From the IMG/VR virus record IMGVR_UViG_3300012012_001842: 20,000 nt of DNA; one strand, written 5' to 3'. Each line of letters begins with the position of its first letter. The stretch's first letter is position 1. The DNA is from an uncultured virus (IMG/VR IMGVR_UViG_3300012012_001842) (Duplodnaviria > Heunggongvirae > Uroviricota > Caudoviricetes). Position numbers and translations under genes: made by a program. This document shows, one piece after another, positions 9,036 through 17,001 of the stretch. The notes below the pieces were generated by a model, which worked only from the letters and a program-made list of their open reading frames with translations, was not told where the DNA came from and searched no databases.

Positions 9036-9779
9036 GTGGCCAGAATAGTTCACCCGCAGTTTCGTGATGAGAACGCGTACTCTAAGTACCCGTTCACGGA
9101 CCTGTCGTCGCTCGTGTCGGACACAGGCGAGGAGCTACCTCGCGACGCACTGATCGACGCCGTGCTGCATCCGGTAGGACTGTCGCAGTCACTGGTCTTG
9201 CTGAGTGTGACCATCGACGGTTTGACAGCTTCATTTTCTATTGGGTGGGATTCTGAAGAGCTGTGCTCTGGGTCGATTTACCTGTCGGGGCAAAACGGAG
9301 CCACTGCGATGGCGGACGGTCTTGGGAGGCCCGCCGGCGTGTTGCTGTTCAATCCAGGCACGATCGCCACAATTCAGGGCTGGCAGAACGGAGTCCACAG
9401 TTTCGGGCGTGCCGCCACGTTCGTTCCTACCGTCGTCATACCGTCTCCGGAAGTTGCCGTGCGAGGTCTCGGCGCTGAGTCCGATGTGCCTCTCGTCAAC
9501 GATGTCTGGATCGTTGGGGAGGACGGTGTGTTGGTGACAGACGACAACGGCGACATCCGTATCGACATCGTGGGTGATCCTCTCTGGCGTCGCGCGGTTT
9601 GCGATCGACAACCTGACTTCCAAAGTCCAAACTTTGCGTTGACAATCAACGGGACTCCTCCAGATGACTACGGTAATTGGAGGCTTGTAACCGGCCGCGA
9701 GTTGACGACGAAGCCGGCGTTACGCGTCCGTCCGGAAAATGGCGTTTTGATCATTGAACTCGCGTTACCTGGAGGCTGA
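9036..9779 (+). CDS. Virion-type protein, paralogue 4 (247 aa, core domain only)
   Basis: GTG start 1 nt after the upstream TGA; motifs FRDENAYSKYPF, IRIDIVG and ALTINGTPPDDYGNWRL. Confidence 0.8.
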   Translation: MARIVHPQFRDENAYSKYPFTDLSSLVSDTGEELPRDALIDAVLHPVGLSQSLVLLSVTIDGLTASFSIGWDSEELCSGSIYLSGQNGATAMADGLGRPAGVLLFNPGTIATIQGWQNGVHSFGRAATFVPTVVIPSPEVAVRGLGAESDVPLVNDVWIVGEDGVLVTDDNGDIRIDIVGDPLWRRAVCDRQPDFQSPNFALTINGTPPDDYGNWRLVTGRELTTKPALRVRPENGVLIIELALPGG

Positions 9780-9780
9780 C

Positions 9781-10698
9781 TTGCCACGCACTAGCTTCCA
9801 CGACGACAACCGACATCGCCGATACCCATTTGTCAGCACGCCCGAAATCGAGGCGGCTGCCGCAGACGATCAGATTCCGGACAGTCTGCTGCTGGACGTT
9901 GGTTTCACAATGGCGGCCTACTCCGGCTTCGATCCCGAGGTGCATGAGGTCTGGCTAGAGGAAATCTACGCGTCCGGAGGTGCTTTGGTTCTGGTCTTTC
10001 AAACTGACTGTAACGCGGTGGCGTCCGATAACCCGCTCGTGTTTCAGCTGCAGCCGGATACCAGTGAATCGCAAGTGGCGTTCACTGAGTCGTCAGGCGT
10101 GACCATGGAATGCTCCAGCGCACAACTCATCTGGTACGGATTTGTCGCAGTCGGCAGCGTGTCAAAAACACTGACCTGGTTAGGTACGCACAGCGGCGAG
10201 CTGAACCGCTTGCAGCACACGGTAGAGCCGTCGCTGGTGCAGAACATCGACAAGACCTACGTGCGGTCAGCCAGCCTGGCTAACAGACAGCGCACGCGCG
10301 TGACAGACATCCCCGGCGTGACTCGGCCGTACATCGTCAACTCCAAAGGCATCCAAGGACCGCTCCGGTTCAAAGAAGGCAAAAACGTCACGATCAGTTA
10401 CGACCTCAATCGTAACGGCCTGACCATCTCCGCGGCGGTCGGCTCCGGTGAAGGCAAGGTCTGCGAGGAGCTGCCGCAGTTCGATGGCGAGGTGTCGCCC
10501 GACGGCGGCGAGTTGCTCAGCGGTGGACCTGCGTGCAGGCAGGTCGTCAAAACCCTAAACGGCATCTCCGGTTCGCGGATCACATTGCAGGGCGGTTCTG
10601 GCATTCTCATCGAACGCGCCTCGGATGACGAACACAAGTTAATCATCCGCGTTGATGACGGGTCCGTCGCCCCCTGCAGCACCGGGGGTTTAGCATGA
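9781..10698 (+). CDS. Virion-type protein, paralogue 5 (305 aa, core domain only)
   Basis: TTG start at 9781 with GGAGG at 9771-9775, preferred over 9754; motifs [24 protein letters not shown] and [13 protein letters not shown]. Confidence 0.78.
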   Translation: MPRTSFHDDNRHRRYPFVSTPEIEAAAADDQIPDSLLLDVGFTMAAYSGFDPEVHEVWLEEIYASGGALVLVFQTDCNAVASDNPLVFQLQPDTSESQVAFTESSGVTMECSSAQLIWYGFVAVGSVSKTLTWLGTHSGELNRLQHTVEPSLVQNIDKTYVRSASLANRQRTRVTDIPGVTRPYIVNSKGIQGPLRFKEGKNVTISYDLNRNGLTISAAVGSGEGKVCEELPQFDGEVSPDGGELLSGGPACRQVVKTLNGISGSRITLQGGSGILIERASDDEHKLIIRVDDGSVAPCSTGGLA

Positions 10699-11444
10699 CG
10701 AACGCATTCAATCCGGCCAACTGCGTTGTGGAAGACGTAGAGCGGATCGACAACTTCAAACTCATCGTAGACTGCGTGATTCGCGAGTCCCCGCCGCCGA
10801 TTCATGGCTGCGCTGACCTGCAGTTCTGGCCTCCGCTACCAGGAGCTCCGGGTCCGATCGGACCTCAAGGACCTCAAGGACCTCAAGGACCTCAAGGACC
10901 TCAAGGACCTCAAGGACCTCAAGGACCTCAAGGACCTCAAGGACCTCAAGGACCTCAGGGTCCTCGCGGAGTTCCTGGACCGCCAGGTCCGGATGGCGAT
11001 GACGGCCCTCAGGGTCCTCCTGGTGACAAGTACGCCATCGTTCCCACGTCTCAAGGGGCTGTAGGTCTGGTGTGCGTGGAAAGTCCTGAGGTCTGGTTTG
11101 ACGATGTCATCTCTGCCGCTGTGTGTGGTGAGTCGACGTACATCATGCTCGACCCGTTGTTCTGCGAGACAGTGGAACCGGGTTCGATTCGTGTCACCAG
11201 CCTGACCCCGTCCAGCCCGGCCATGTGCGGCGCCCGCGTCGAGCCTAGAAGTCCGGAACGGCATCTGTCGATGGTGGTGGTGGAGTGCTCAGCTCCGGTG
11301 GGTCGTTATCCTCTGCCGGCCTCGGTCACCGTCTGTGTTCGCGGAATACGTCGCGGTCGAGGCGGTGTGAGATTCCGCAAGTTTGACAACGAACAAATGA
11401 GGCGAAACGATGAGTTTTGGCGTTCAGCCTACGAGTGGAACTGA
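10695..11444 (+). CDS. Collagen-like short fibre protein (249 aa)
   Basis: 21 uninterrupted Gly-X-Y triplets (10842-11030). The C-terminal domain ESPEVWFDD...[10 protein letters not shown]...LTP...VRGIRRG...RF resembles C-terminal domains of phage tail proteins. Confidence 0.85.
   Translation: MTNAFNPANCVVEDVERIDNFKLIVDCVIRESPPPIHGCADLQFWPPLPGAPGPIGPQGPQGPQGPQGPQGPQGPQGPQGPQGPQGPQGPRGVPGPPGPDGDDGPQGPPGDKYAIVPTSQGAVGLVCVESPEVWFDDVISAAVCGESTYIMLDPLFCETVEPGSIRVTSLTPSSPAMCGARVEPRSPERHLSMVVVECSAPVGRYPLPASVTVCVRGIRRGRGGVRFRKFDNEQMRRNDEFWRSAYEWN
10860..10958 (+). repeat. Perfect 9-bp tandem repeat (GGACCTCAA)x10 plus one GGACCTCAG, encoding (GPQ)11
   Basis: Read directly from the sequence. Confidence 0.97.
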
Positions 11445-13281
11445 AAACCTGCTTATCCGGTTGGCAAACGCGCCTGGCGATACGATCGTGCTGACAGCCG
11501 CTGTGCGGGATTTGGCGTTGCAGTATCCAGACAGGTTCTCCGTATCCGTCGATACGCACGCCAACTCCGTGTGGCATGGTAATCCGCACGTTGTGCCGGT
11601 TGGCCCGTCGCCACGAGTGCTGCAGCTGAAGTACGGCGGGCAGATGCGTCGCGCACACGGCGGCGTTCGCATGCACTTCCTACAGGCGTTTCACAACCTG
11701 CTCAATGAAGAACTCGGCACAGACATCAAAATGACTGAGCCGAAGCCGGATCTCCACCTGACGCCGGAAGACGTTCTCGACCTCGGAAAAAACTCCCTCG
11801 GAAAATACTGGGTGTTATTTCCAGGCTGGAAATCCGACATGCCAACCAAGGCTTGGCTGCCGTCTCGTTGGCAGACTGTGGTGGATGTGCTGGACAACTG
11901 GGGGGTGTCGTGCGTGCAGGTCGGCGCCACTTCCAAAGGGCACCACAACCCGACGTTGTTGGGGGTTACAAATCTGGTCGGCAAGACGAAGCTGAGGCAA
12001 CTGTTTCGTTTGATCGCGGACAGTGAGGGCGTCATTTGTGGAGTCACCTCCGGAATGCACATCGCCGCCGCATTCGATAAGCCGTGCGTGTCGATCGCTG
12101 GCGGACGTGAGGCGTGGTGGTGGGAGGCGTACGTCAACCAGAACACCGGTTTCGGCGCGGCGAATGGTCGCGTGGTTGTTCCGCACCGGTTCCTGCACAC
12201 GCAGGGGTTACTGACCTGCTGCGAACGCTCGGGCTGTTGTCGTCGAAAGACGAACTCAAGCCAAACTGACAATCAGCGGGACGTCTGTCTGCAGATGCAA
12301 GATTTTCAAGGTAGCGGCCTGCCGGCGTGCATGGGTCGCATCGAACCGGAGGATGTCGTGGACGGGGTTCTTTCGTACTATCTGGACCGAACGCTGGTCC
12401 CGCATTCATCGGAGCTGAAGAAGTTGACAGCCACACTCCCCGATACGCTGCCGGCAGTCGGCGATCCGTTGACAATCCTGGGCCAGGACGGACGCACCGT
12501 GCGCATCAGCTTTGGACCTCGCCAGGCTGAGTCTGCAGAGCAGCGGCGTCCGGAAGACACGGACGTGTCGGTGTTTCAAGATCCCAACATTGGTGATCGC
12601 GTCACCATCTGCCTGCTGATGTACGGTGACTTTGCCGAACTGCACAAGCGGTGTCTGAACGCCGTGCTGGCGACGACTCCGAAAGATCGCGTGGAGCTTC
12701 GCGTGGGCGGCAACCAGCTGTGCCGTGAAACGGACACGTACCTGAGAAAACTGCACGAGTCTGGCGACATAGCCCACCTGAACATCTCGTCAGTCAACAG
12801 ACGCAAGTATCCGGTAATGCGTGATCTGTTTCGTGAACCGCCGCTCACGACGAACTGGGTCATCTGGCTGGACGACGACACACTCTGCGACACAGACAGC
12901 GGCTGGCTGGTCAAAATGCTGGGCGTCGCCTCTGCGAATTTTGACAGAAACTGTCGATGGGTTGGTCCGCACTACAAGTACCGGATGAACGACTCGTGGC
13001 GCGAGTGGTGCGCGCAGGGCGGTTGGTACCGAAGCCTGCCGTGGCCCGAGGACAACAAGATAGGTTTCGCCACCGGCTCGCTGTGGATGGCCCACGTTCC
13101 GACGCTGCTCGCAGCTGACGTACCAGACTGCCGTCTAGGTCACAACAAAGGCGACGTGACTGTCGGCTGTCAGTTTCACCAGGCTGGAGTGAAACTTTGC
13201 AATTTCAGCGCAAAGAAAGAAACCGTAAACTGGAGCTCGTCCGCCCGACGCGGCATCACCGACAGGCACCCGGCGGAGTAG
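11410..13281 (+). CDS. Two-domain glycosyltransferase: N-terminal GT9 (heptosyltransferase RfaF/WaaF-like) fused to a C-terminal GT2-like domain (623 aa)
   Basis: GT9 motifs [21 protein letters not shown]...[27 protein letters not shown] and [13 protein letters not shown]-type features [15 protein letters not shown] and WVIWLDDDT (DxD at 12871-12879). Confidence 0.85.
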   Translation: MSFGVQPTSGTENLLIRLANAPGDTIVLTAAVRDLALQYPDRFSVSVDTHANSVWHGNPHVVPVGPSPRVLQLKYGGQMRRAHGGVRMHFLQAFHNLLNEELGTDIKMTEPKPDLHLTPEDVLDLGKNSLGKYWVLFPGWKSDMPTKAWLPSRWQTVVDVLDNWGVSCVQVGATSKGHHNPTLLGVTNLVGKTKLRQLFRLIADSEGVICGVTSGMHIAAAFDKPCVSIAGGREAWWWEAYVNQNTGFGAANGRVVVPHRFLHTQGLLTCCERSGCCRRKTNSSQTDNQRDVCLQMQDFQGSGLPACMGRIEPEDVVDGVLSYYLDRTLVPHSSELKKLTATLPDTLPAVGDPLTILGQDGRTVRISFGPRQAESAEQRRPEDTDVSVFQDPNIGDRVTICLLMYGDFAELHKRCLNAVLATTPKDRVELRVGGNQLCRETDTYLRKLHESGDIAHLNISSVNRRKYPVMRDLFREPPLTTNWVIWLDDDTLCDTDSGWLVKMLGVASANFDRNCRWVGPHYKYRMNDSWREWCAQGGWYRSLPWPEDNKIGFATGSLWMAHVPTLLAADVPDCRLGHNKGDVTVGCQFHQAGVKLCNFSAKKETVNWSSSARRGITDRHPAE

Positions 13282-13285
13282 GAAA

Positions 13286-13882
13286 TTGAAAACTGTCACA
13301 TTGAGCAGACAAACAGCGGCTGCCGATCACCACCGTCGATTGATAATCGAAGTTGGTAGCGTCGTGGACATCGATCGAAACGTGTTCCTCTATCGCCAAC
13401 TGCCAATGCGAGCTGGAGACACGGAGCCAACAGGTCGATTCGAGGGCGTCTGCAGTCCGAACGACATGGCCGACCATCCTGTCGGTTCGCCTACTCTGGG
13501 TGCCAGCCCACCGTGGTTCCGCTTGGACACAGTTGACCTGCTGCTGCGCTCCGAGGCGGAGTTGCAGAGTGCGTGGATGATCATCCTGGAGGAAGTTCAG
13601 TCGCTGGTGGACGCGCTGAACATCTTGGAGGAGACAACCGCGACCCAGGTCTTCACCATCAGCAACTCTGGCGGTTTGACTGAGGGCTGCGGACTGTCAA
13701 TCTTCTTGCAGTCCACTCCGTCGGAGACATGGGTGATCCAGCACAACCTGGGTCGGTACGTAGAGTTCTCCCTCCACGATTTGAGTGGCAATCGACTCGA
13801 TGCCAATTACAATCAAGGTCTGAACACACTGACCGTTATGTTCGACGGAAACACAGTATCCGGATTCGTTCTGTTCTCCTGA
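13286..13882 (+). CDS. Hypothetical protein with C-terminal phage fibre-type HNLG domain (198 aa)
   Basis: TTG start after GGAG; C-terminal QSTPSETWVIQHNLGRY...D..G...NTLTVMF...SG pattern typical of small phage virion beta-domains. Confidence 0.7.
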   Translation: MKTVTLSRQTAAADHHRRLIIEVGSVVDIDRNVFLYRQLPMRAGDTEPTGRFEGVCSPNDMADHPVGSPTLGASPPWFRLDTVDLLLRSEAELQSAWMIILEEVQSLVDALNILEETTATQVFTISNSGGLTEGCGLSIFLQSTPSETWVIQHNLGRYVEFSLHDLSGNRLDANYNQGLNTLTVMFDGNTVSGFVLFS

Positions 13883-13892
13883 GAAAGACCAC

Positions 13893-14291
13893 ATGTCGAA
13901 AATTTACGGAGCTAGAAACGCCAAGAGCCGCTGGACGTTCGACTTGCCGCCGACGCTGGCCGCTACTCCAGTAGCAGATACCGACTTGGTCCCAAAGGTC
14001 TACGTGGACGATCTGTTCAGTCAGGTCCAATCTGGGGCGCAAAACGGCATCGCCATCACCATCGGTGATGGTGCGTCGGACGATTTCACGATCACGCACG
14101 AGATGAACACCAAAGATCTGATCGTGAACGTCTACGAAGTCGTTACAGGCGACCACATCGAGTGCTCGATCTCCGTACCAACTGTCGACACGATCGTGCT
14201 GCGCGGGCTTAACTCACCACCTGAAGCAGACTCGCTACGCTTAGTGGCTGTGCCGATAGTCAGCGGTCCGTGCTCTGTCGTAGGATTCTGA
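13893..14291 (+). CDS. Small virion-type protein with IGDG...FTITH domain (132 aa)
   Basis: DLVPKVYVD (like the fibre motif A-T-K-x-YVD) followed by IGDGASDDFTITHEMNTKDLIVNVYE, a pattern seen at phage fibre C-termini. Confidence 0.7.
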   Translation: MSKIYGARNAKSRWTFDLPPTLAATPVADTDLVPKVYVDDLFSQVQSGAQNGIAITIGDGASDDFTITHEMNTKDLIVNVYEVVTGDHIECSISVPTVDTIVLRGLNSPPEADSLRLVAVPIVSGPCSVVGF

Positions 14292-14292
14292 C

Positions 14293-14586
14293 ATGTCTCT
14301 GATGACCATCGACAACGCCGCCATCGACGCGATGCGGGCGGCTCCGGAGCTGCTGCGGTACCTGCCTTGTCTGGGATCGCCGCTGACGGCGTCCGTCAGG
14401 TCGCGTACCTGCTGCGACGGAGGCGGCAGCAACGGTCTGGACTACAACGCCATCAAGCTTTGCATCTCCGGGTTGGACTCAGTCAACACGCAGCGTGTGA
14501 AGGATTTCTTCAACGCGACACAGATTCGCGTCTACAGGGCCAGCACAAGAAACGGATCGCCGATCACGATCAAACACACAAAGTGA
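14293..14586 (+). CDS. Hypothetical protein (97 aa)
   Basis: ATG 1 nt after the upstream stop, with AGGA upstream; last gene before an AT-richer intergenic region. Confidence 0.65.
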   Translation: MSLMTIDNAAIDAMRAAPELLRYLPCLGSPLTASVRSRTCCDGGGSNGLDYNAIKLCISGLDSVNTQRVKDFFNATQIRVYRASTRNGSPITIKHTK

Positions 14587-14604
14587 GCTAAATTCGACCC
14601 GTTT

Positions 14605-14633
14605 TTGCGTCACTAATACCTGATTGATATCTT
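14605..14633 (+). promoter_or_regulatory. Putative sigma70-like promoter TTGCGT-N17-TATCTT
   Basis: -35 at 14605-14610 and -10 at 14628-14633 with exact 17-bp spacing, in the AT-richer gap at a module boundary. Confidence 0.5.
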
Positions 14634-14690
14634 TAGGTTTCCGAACGCGTCGTTCGGACAACGAGGAGACACAAAAATGAGGAAGTAGTC

Positions 14691-14858
14691 ATGTTCGGAA
14701 TTTTCAGATCGAGACCAGGCCAGTTTCACTACCCGCAACACACAGCCCTGCGGAAGGCTTCGTCGCTAGACGCGGCCAAGACGATGAGACGGACACTGCT
14801 GCTCGACTTCACCGCACTCTGCATTGTTGACCTGAAGACAGGTGAAGTTGTCGCCTGA
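14691..14858 (+). CDS. Small hypothetical protein (55 aa), absent from the ORF track
   Basis: GAGGA RBS at 14679-14683 and ATG 14691. Translation is MFGIFRSRPGQFHYPQHTALRKASSLDAAKTMRRTLLLDFTALCIVDLKTGEVVA; the D-x-x-TGEVV ending is common in small phage proteins. Confidence 0.65.
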   Translation: MFGIFRSRPGQFHYPQHTALRKASSLDAAKTMRRTLLLDFTALCIVDLKTGEVVA

Positions 14859-14860
14859 AC

Positions 14861-14889
14861 TCGAAATCGGCACACGTACCCAGTATCTT
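14861..14889 (+). promoter_or_regulatory. Second putative promoter TCGAAA-N17-TATCTT
   Basis: Same -10 hexamer as the 14628 site, with 17-bp spacing to a 4/6 match of TTGACA, in an intergenic position. Confidence 0.35.
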
Positions 14890-14890
14890 G

Positions 14891-14956
14891 ACGCCCGCAC
14901 AAACCTCTACGGACAAATCTCCGTGGTTGTTTCGTGCGGGCGTTTTACTTCCTTTT
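14891..14956 (+). terminator. Long GC-rich hairpin followed by a T-rich tract (terminator or structured leader)
   Basis: ACGCCCGCAC (14891-14900) pairs perfectly with GTGCGGGCGT (14934-14943); inner stems AAAC/GTTT and CTACGGA/TCCGTGG; followed by TTTACTTCCTTTT. Confidence 0.55.
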
Positions 14957-14973
14957 AGCTGTTGGAGACTTTG

Positions 14974-15252
14974 ATGATTTCGATCGTTGATAAAGAGACG
15001 TCCGTTGACTTGGCTCGTCGTTCGGCTTCGTTCGTGTTTGAGTCGGACGACATGCAGGAGCTGATTGGTGGAGACACAGTGCAGGCCGCCATGGCTGAAT
15101 CCGTCAAACGCGGCTTGCTGGGTGCCGGCATCTCGTCGCGGGGCACGCCCTACGCCGTCAATGCAGACGGGTCGCCCATCACGGACGTGGCGGCGGGGAT
15201 GCCCAAAGGGGCGAAGTTCCGCATCGACGTCAAGATGCTGAGCGCGACATGA
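14974..15252 (+). CDS. Hypothetical protein (92 aa)
   Basis: GGAG RBS at 14964-14967 favours ATG 14974 (or TTG 14971); ATGA overlap with the next gene. Confidence 0.7.
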   Translation: MISIVDKETSVDLARRSASFVFESDDMQELIGGDTVQAAMAESVKRGLLGAGISSRGTPYAVNADGSPITDVAAGMPKGAKFRIDVKMLSAT

Positions 15253-15665
15253 CTCTCGGAGAGCTAAAAAAATCGGTTAGGATGCCGTGGGACGAATTGT
15301 CCCAAGTGCTGAAAGTCGGTTTCGGTCTGTGGCCGTCTCCGGAAGAATCGGCCGAGGTGACGAATCGCGTGGTGGCTGTGGTGTGGCTGCTGGACGCCTG
15401 GGATTCCCTGGGCGTGCTCAGTCCCGGCTGCCGTCTGGCGGCAGCTGACCATCTCGCCAAGCTGGTTGTAGCGGACAACAACAATGATGGCGGCTGGCCT
15501 CCGATAAGACTGGCCGACCGACGCTACATGGCCATAGGCGGCACGGAGTTCCTGGACCTCACCAACGGCGCCACGCTGCAGCACATGCCTGAACCGCCTA
15601 TCGAACGTTCCATCTACGACATAGACGCCCTCTGGATCAGAAGGACTCGCCAAGGTGCCAAGTAA
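15249..15665 (+). CDS. Hypothetical protein (138 aa)
   Basis: ATGA-coupled start; its end overlaps the next gene. Confidence 0.65.
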   Translation: MTLGELKKSVRMPWDELSQVLKVGFGLWPSPEESAEVTNRVVAVVWLLDAWDSLGVLSPGCRLAAADHLAKLVVADNNNDGGWPPIRLADRRYMAIGGTEFLDLTNGATLQHMPEPPIERSIYDIDALWIRRTRQGAK

Positions 15666-16338
15666 CACCACAAAACTGACCGTATTTGCCAAGCCGTCAT
15701 TTGCCACTGTGCTGTTGGCGGCCTTCGTAGATCGCTACGGATTGGCGATCGTAGCTGGTGACGACAGCGAGCGATGGGAGGCGGAAACCATCGGACTGGA
15801 GCTGGAGCAGGACATCGGCGAAGTCGATCCCGATAATCTCGACAAGCTGATGACCGCCATCGAGCTGCTGACCACAGACAGCTTCGAGACCTCGCTGCCA
15901 GACTTCATCCGCATCTGCAATTCTCTGGCGGACAGTCCGACCGACGGCGGTTTCGACCCGGCCGAGGCGCACGAGATGGCCTGGGCGTTGCTGGAGGTGG
16001 GCTTGATTCGAGGTACGCAGGCGTTCCAGTACAACCCGGAAATCGTCGGTTACGCGATCGAGATGTTGAAAGACGAAGGATTGCTTCGCGTGCCTGACGC
16101 CCTGACAACACTCGTTCCACGAGACGCCTTGCTGGGCGAGCCGTCAAGAATTTCTGACGACCCTGCCATGTACGAGGGGTTGGAGGAAACACAGTCAGGC
16201 AACCTTGGCGAGATTGAGTTGTTCGTGACGGAACGATTTCAGCGTCTGCTGAGTGATCTCGCTGCGATCTCACCCGCGCACCTGAAAGAAAACGGAGCTT
16301 GGGTGGTGGAGCTGCTCCGGGAAATGCAGGCTGCATAA
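15655..16338 (+). CDS. Acidic, predicted alpha-helical hypothetical protein (227 aa)
   Basis: GTG start after AAGGA; D/E-rich; stop abuts the next ATG. Confidence 0.7.
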   Translation: MPSNTTKLTVFAKPSFATVLLAAFVDRYGLAIVAGDDSERWEAETIGLELEQDIGEVDPDNLDKLMTAIELLTTDSFETSLPDFIRICNSLADSPTDGGFDPAEAHEMAWALLEVGLIRGTQAFQYNPEIVGYAIEMLKDEGLLRVPDALTTLVPRDALLGEPSRISDDPAMYEGLEETQSGNLGEIELFVTERFQRLLSDLAAISPAHLKENGAWVVELLREMQAA

Positions 16339-16995
16339 ATGGAGATTCGCCTACCGCCAGCTTCGTGGCATAAGCAAATCGACAGGATCGCCCCAGGCGC
16401 CTGTAGTGGTTGGGATTGGTTTGGACCACCTAGAGACCCCGTCGGCTTCATTCAGCGGCAGGCAGACTTGCCTCCTGGAACAGTGGTCGTCTCCTACGAC
16501 ATGACCGGCAAGGCGTACAAAGGTCAAGCAGCTGCGTTCGTGCTGCTGGACGGTCCGCTGCTGTACCGCATCGCAACCGTGACGGCCAACGAGTTCTGGT
16601 CCACGACACTCACGCCATACGTCAGGCCGTTGCTGAGCATGGGCGCCGAATCACGGCTGCTGTGGGTTGTCAATCAATTCCTGGCCAGGTTCGACAGTCC
16701 CGATTTTCACGACCGCGTGCTCACGACGCCCGATCTGAAACTCTCAAAGTCTCAGAAGTCTGCCGAAGTTAAAGCACTTCGCATGTTGTACGCCGGACGT
16801 CTCAGCGAGATGCCGGACATCGAAAACGAGTACCTGACTGTCTCCTTCCAACTCTGGATGGCACAGCAGACCATTGTTACCGGGCGGACCGCCAGAGAAG
16901 TTCGCGCGACGCTGCAACAGCGGTGCGGCCTGAACTCGCTGGCGGCTCCAGTATCGAATCGCGATTCTATGAGTCTGAGAGTTTCATTGGATTGA
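16339..16995 (+). CDS. Hypothetical protein (218 aa)
   Basis: ATG directly after the upstream TAA; ends 6 nt before the ATPase gene. Confidence 0.7.
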   Translation: MEIRLPPASWHKQIDRIAPGACSGWDWFGPPRDPVGFIQRQADLPPGTVVVSYDMTGKAYKGQAAAFVLLDGPLLYRIATVTANEFWSTTLTPYVRPLLSMGAESRLLWVVNQFLARFDSPDFHDRVLTTPDLKLSKSQKSAEVKALRMLYAGRLSEMPDIENEYLTVSFQLWMAQQTIVTGRTAREVRATLQQRCGLNSLAAPVSNRDSMSLRVSLD

Positions 16996-17001
16996 AAAAA
17001 C

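Noticed and set aside
10860..10958. CRISPR array, or the alternative-frame repeat proteins (LKD)n and (LRS)n
   Set aside because: The units are contiguous 9-mers with no spacers, and the other-frame ORFs are by-products of the GPQ repeat.
11410..13281. Host LPS biosynthesis locus (true waaF/waaC)
   Set aside because: There are no other LPS genes nearby, the protein is a two-domain fusion, and it is embedded among fibre-like genes.
1..14586. Extracellular contractile injection system or tailocin instead of phage
   Set aside because: No Afp/PVC-type or sheath genes are recognisable, and the downstream small-gene module is phage-like. This cannot be fully excluded without flanking sequence.
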